Source: Bilabrum cf. latius (Eukaryota). Taken from it: DNA of 64,000 bases. The position numbers and the translations under genes were made by a program. The stretch lies in NCBI GenBank assembly GCA_965178125.1, contig OZ237746.1, positions 1,116,001-1,180,000 of the forward strand. Reading direction: 5' to 3'. Shown here in pieces: positions 59,546 to 64,000 of this stretch (the first letter of the stretch is position 1; each line of letters starts with the position of its first letter). The notes beneath the pieces were generated by a model. It did not search any database, was not told the DNA's origin, and was given only the letters and a program-made list of their open reading frames with translations.

Positions 59546-62500
59546 TCATGTGCAACCCACCAGGTCCGACCCAGCAGCCACGGAGCGAATGGTCGCCGAC
59601 AGGCTGGTGCCCGGCAGCCTCGTGTTGAGGGTCCCGCGGCACCCCAGCGCCCCGCAGCGGCAAGGGGCCACGCCCTCCCCCCGCGGGAACGAGTAGTCGT
59701 ACGTCAGCTCCTCGCCCACTGCGATGTCTCGCGAGGCATAGAAAAACATCCGGCCCAGCCGCACGGGGGGACGAGGAGGGCATGCCCCTGTCCCACCGGC
59801 AGGGAGCTAGCCCTAGCCCTAGCCCTAGCCCTAGTTCCTGCCCACCTGCAGCCGCAGCCGCAGCCGAGGGCTCACAGGGGACAGCGCCCGGACGCCTTCT
59901 TCCTCGGTCACCAGCTGGGGAGGCAGCAGCTCGCATTCTGACTCCGGGTCGTGACCTGGAGGCGGCTCGAACGAGGCCCCGCTGGGAGCGTCGATGAGCC
60001 TGTTGCCCGCGTAGCCTGACACAGCAGAGGCAGGGGCAGGGGCAGAGGCAGCTGCCCGCTGGCCCTCTGCCTGCATCCATGCCTCCTCAACCTCGTGGTC
60101 GGACAGTGTGTTGATGGCGTAGCAGTTCGGCTCGCAGCTGTGGTTGAGGTACCTGGCCGTGCACCCCGCCGTGGTGGCGTCGATCACCGCATCTGGTCCT
60201 GCCCTGAACATGTAGTCAGCCATGCCGTGAGCCTCGTACTCCCGCTGCCGCTTGGCCGCTTCTGCGTTGGAGACCACCTGCCCCTTGTACTCCGCGATCA
60301 CGTCGTTCTTCTAGATGTCCCTTGTGGCGAACAGGCCCAGCCCGTCGATGCGGGAAGCGCCCACTCTCAGGTGGCGCAGGTTCCACTGGGCGCGCCTCTG
60401 CGAGCAAACAAGACAAGGAAAGCACAGGAACCAAGGACAGAGGATGAAGAAATCGAGGAGGAGGCAGCGATGGAGCCAGAGACGCAGTTGGGATGATGCA
60501 GGGGAAGGCGTCAAAGGGCCACTGAGGGAGAAACAGAGAAACAGCGAGACACGATCGTTCCGACTCACCGCAAGAAGCGACACTGGCGTGAATTTTTCAG
60601 GGGCAGCCGCCCCCCTGCGGTGCCGCACGAAGTCCACCACCACAGGCCCGTAGTCCGGCAGCCTGGTGGACGCGAACTGCTCCAGCCGAGGGTGGATGCG
60701 GCTGCTGGCCTCCCCGCTTAGGGGGGCGCTGGCGTGCTGCAGGAATGTGGGAGCGTCGTTCACGTCGTGCGACGGACCCGATGAGCTACCTCCTTCTTGC
60801 ACCGCGCAGTCGCTGTGCATTTCCTCCCTGATGCGAGCCGCGAGCAGCGGCAGCCTGGATTGGAGCCTCGCCATCTCGGCGGCCTGGCCCGCGGGCATCG
60901 TCCTGCTCGACACTGCCCCGCCGCCGCTCGTGCCCCCGGGCGGCCGCATGCTCGCCAGAAGGGCCTCCCGCTGCGACTCGGCCACGGCTGCCAGCGCGTC
61001 TGCCTCCAGCTGGTCGAGTCCGTCCTCGCCGACGGGGAACTACGTGCCCTTGCCTTCTGTCGCAGAGCCACGTTCCTCGCTTCTCACTGTGCCTCCGTGT
61101 CCGCCTGCCTCTTCGGCGTGGGCTCGAGAGAAACACGCCTGTGCCTGAGCATACCCTCTCAGTGCGGCCTCTTCCGCCTCCGCCAATCCCACCACCAAGT
61201 CCTCCTCGGCGGGTGCAGCGAACTGCAGCATGGCCTCCAGACGGACGTCCCCCGCGGCGAGGAGCGGGAGGTTGGTTGCGGCCGTGGAAGGACCCCCGTG
61301 ATGCCCCTGCTGCAGGCCCCGTGCGAGCAGGGCGCTGACGGGGCGCTGAGGGCCGTGCAGCAGGATACAATTCACTGCAGCGTCGTGGAGCTGCAGCGCA
61401 GACGGGCCATCCGCATCGCCCCACAGCCCCGTTCGATAGTTCCTCCCGAGGGCGAGCGCGTAGCTGGCGACGGGGGGCGTGTCTGGGCCAATGGCGTGCT
61501 TCTGGTCGGGGGAGCCTGGCGCCGGCGGTCCTCCGCTGGACCCCTTATTATCGTCACCACCGTCAGCAGCACCTTGGCCCTGGCCCTGGCCCCTCAAGAT
61601 GTACTGCGTCCCTTTCGGCCCCAGCACCATGCAAAGGAAGGGACTGGACAGGAGAATCCGGGCTGCGCTGCGCTGCTGCTCGACCCCGCTGTCGCCAGCA
61701 CGGCTGTCCTCGCCATCACCAGCTGCTGACCCCCCGTCATCTTCTGCGTCCAGCTTGCATGCGGCAGCCACCGCTTGCATGCATCCCTCCCACCCGCCCG
61801 CGAGGTCACAAGCCACGGCAGGGGCGACATCGCCCAGCACGCGACCCCCATGCACCCGATCCGCAGCCAGCATCAGCACGTCGTGCCGAACCAGGTCCCG
61901 GAGGCAGCGGGCCGTGCCCAACCACGACCACGCGGGCGGCACAGCACCCTCGGCACCCTCTCCATGCGCCACCTTCCCCTTCCACTGCCTCTGCAGCCAA
62001 GCAAATTGCTCCCCCCACAGCTGCCGCACCGCCGCACACCTGGCACACGCCAGCCGGGCCGACCGCACGGCCTGCTGCCGCAAGAGCACAGCGGCCGATA
62101 CGCTCGACTGCACCAGCTGCCCCGTCGGCAGCATGGCCGTCACCGCTAGACCCTCCTCGCACACGTGGTGGTGCCCGTGCAGGCAGGACTCGCAGGTCAC
62201 GGGGGCCCCCGAGGCGAGGAAACACCCCATGTGGGGGTCTCTCGCCGCGCTGGGGGTACGGGACAGCAGCACGAGCTGCCCCGGGTTCATGTCGTTGGCG
62301 GGCAGGCCACGCAAGAAGGGAAGCAAGTGCTGCCCGGCGATCCGACCCAGCAGCTCCAGAGCCTGCGACTGAACGTCCTGTTGCTGCGAGCCACTGCTGC
62401 TTCCCGATGACACTGACGTATCGGCGCTACTACCACCACCACCGCCACCACCTGTGTCCCATCTCTGGACAAGTGCCCCGGCCAGGGCACCCACGGTGGT

Positions 62501-64000
62501 GACGGGCGTGGCCGAGATTGACGCAGCCCCTTTCCTTACCACGGCCAGCGGGAACTGCTGCTGCAGGTGCTGTGGTAGCACGGTGCGCCTGGGGCCGGGC
62601 TTGAGGGAGGGCCCCCCATCCCTGATGAGCTTTTCCACCGCTGCCATAGCCACCGCGTCGTTGCGCGAGTCGAAGCTGTGCAAGCCCGTCGCGGTACGGA
62701 TCGGGTTGCTTGCATCTCTCAGGTCGGTGGCAGCCTCCTGCAGCAGGGACCGAGTCAGGCGGGCCATCTGCGCAAGGCCGTGCGTCAGGCGCTCCGACCG
62801 ACCCGTCAATGTCGATGCGCTGCCGCTGGACGGGGCCGGAGACCCGCCTCCGCGCAGCACCGGGAGGTGACAGGCGCCGAATCGGGCGGCATGCTCCATC
62901 CACAGCTGGCCCAGCAGCGAATCGTCGGCCGGAGTGCGGACGATCGCGCGCGATAGGGCGCCTCCTGGGAGACTACTAGCATCGGTGCCCGGGCCGGCCC
63001 CACGTGCGAGCGCGGTGCCCTATCGCATGCAGCTGACCGCAGGCGCCGAGACGATCCGCAGGCAGCTCTGGCCAGCAACCCGAGGCTCTCGCCCGCACCT
63101 GACCATGGCGCGCAGCAGCCCGGCATGGGAGTGCCTCGGGTCACTGGCCTCGCGCTGCACCGCGCGCTCGCCCAGGCCCGACCACACATGGGGTACACCT
63201 GTCCCGATAGACCCAGAGTCGGCGATCTGCCCGACTCCAACCGCACCGGATGGGCTGCCCCCCTCGCTGCCGGCCGCAATGATCCCCCTCAGCCCCGCCT
63301 CGGTCCCGTCCCAGCCAGGGAGACTCAAGGGCACCTCTGGTTCCATGCCTACGTGCAGCCAGGTGCTGGTCGAAGAGACCTACCCACTGCTTGAAGCAGC
63401 GCCGTTGAGATGCCGTGGCACCCCTGCCTTTCCCGCGGTGGACCCATGCAGTCCTTGAGCATCATCATCTTCTTCTCCTTGTTCGTCCTCTTCGCTGTCC
63501 TGGCTGTTCTCATCATCGTCCGCCCATTCGGCTCGTTTCTTCGCTTCGGCAATCGCCGCCACGGCCACTTCTTGGACATCAGCACCCAAGTACGGCAGCC
63601 CCTCCAGCTCCTTGACGGCAGAAACATAGCCTAGCGTGCCTTGGTCGCGATTGGGGTCATAGGGCAGAGGCTGGCCCCCTGCACGGGCCCCACCCAGATG
63701 TCCACGCGATTGACTTGTTCCCAGCGGCGGCTGGTCGCTCGTTGAGTCGGACGTGGCCGATCCCCGGTCCCATTCCACGGAGTCTCCACCTTCCCCTGCA
63801 TCGTCCTGGTTCTCGTCCCCATCTTCGTCCGATGCCAGCTGCGCGCGTCGCCGAACCGGCCGTGAGCTCCGGCGCAGGCCGGTGGGCTGCACTGGGGACA
63901 CTTCAGCGGAGTCTGCGGTGCTGGAGGCCGCTGCCGACGCGACAGACCCTGTCGCCGAAGGACTCCTTCCATCTCCCTTTCCTCTTCCCCCCGCCCCCGC
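59546..64000 (-). CDS. SET1/Trithorax-class histone lysine methyltransferase (5' end outside the window); probable intron 60568-60398
   Basis: [11 protein letters not shown](TAG)[37 protein letters not shown] and post-[11 protein letters not shown]. One frame open to the window edge through 9 TAGs; TGA stop. Confidence 0.85.
59807..59833 (-). repeat. (TAG GGC)n coding repeat, read as QGQGQGQGQ
   Basis: Five in-frame TAGs spaced 6 nt apart inside the SET-domain insertion. Confidence 0.9.

Noticed and set aside
59807-59834. (CCCTAG)n as an interstitial telomere-like repeat
   Set aside because: Only about five units, in frame within the SET gene, and explained as a QG coding repeat.
88-64000. 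Mass pseudogenisation or sequencing error as the cause of the broken ORFs
   Set aside because: Every interruption is TAG. There is no TAA, TGA or frameshift, motifs are intact on both sides, and housekeeping genes are affected.

Overview
GC-rich, very gene-dense eukaryotic (protist-like) nuclear DNA holding 23 protein-coding genes (the last runs off the 3' edge) with short, mostly 5'-located GT-AG introns. The main result is a non-standard nuclear genetic code: TAG is a sense codon, almost certainly Gln, while TAA and TGA remain stops. The supplied ORF track therefore fragments most genes. By hand count about 100 in-frame TAGs occur in 19 of the 23 gene models, including at conserved Gln positions (PIG-Z HPDExFQ, importin-alpha IBB TTIQIRK), opposite CAG in a tandem paralog, and inside QG and QS repeats. 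The modelled genes end in TGA (19) or TAA (4). Read with TAG=Gln, the genes are: NEK kinase, an ELWxxDGT-repeat membrane protein, an unknown stalked membrane protein, GH105, DCAF13, RPS15A, a sucrase/ferredoxin-like protein, membrin, AIFM2-like, a giant type-II PI4K, TSPOON, two tandem unknown paralogs, a TM plus alpha/beta-hydrolase, PIGZ, RhoGAP, an LRR protein, EXO1, an SLX4-CCD-like protein, DUF179, importin-alpha, a DAO-family oxidoreductase and a SET1/Trx-like methyltransferase. Secondary themes are seven tight head-to-head gene pairs, large low-complexity insertions inside catalytic domains, and gene-conversion-like mosaics between paralogs. Family calls come from remembered motifs, not database searches. 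Several start codons are tentative.
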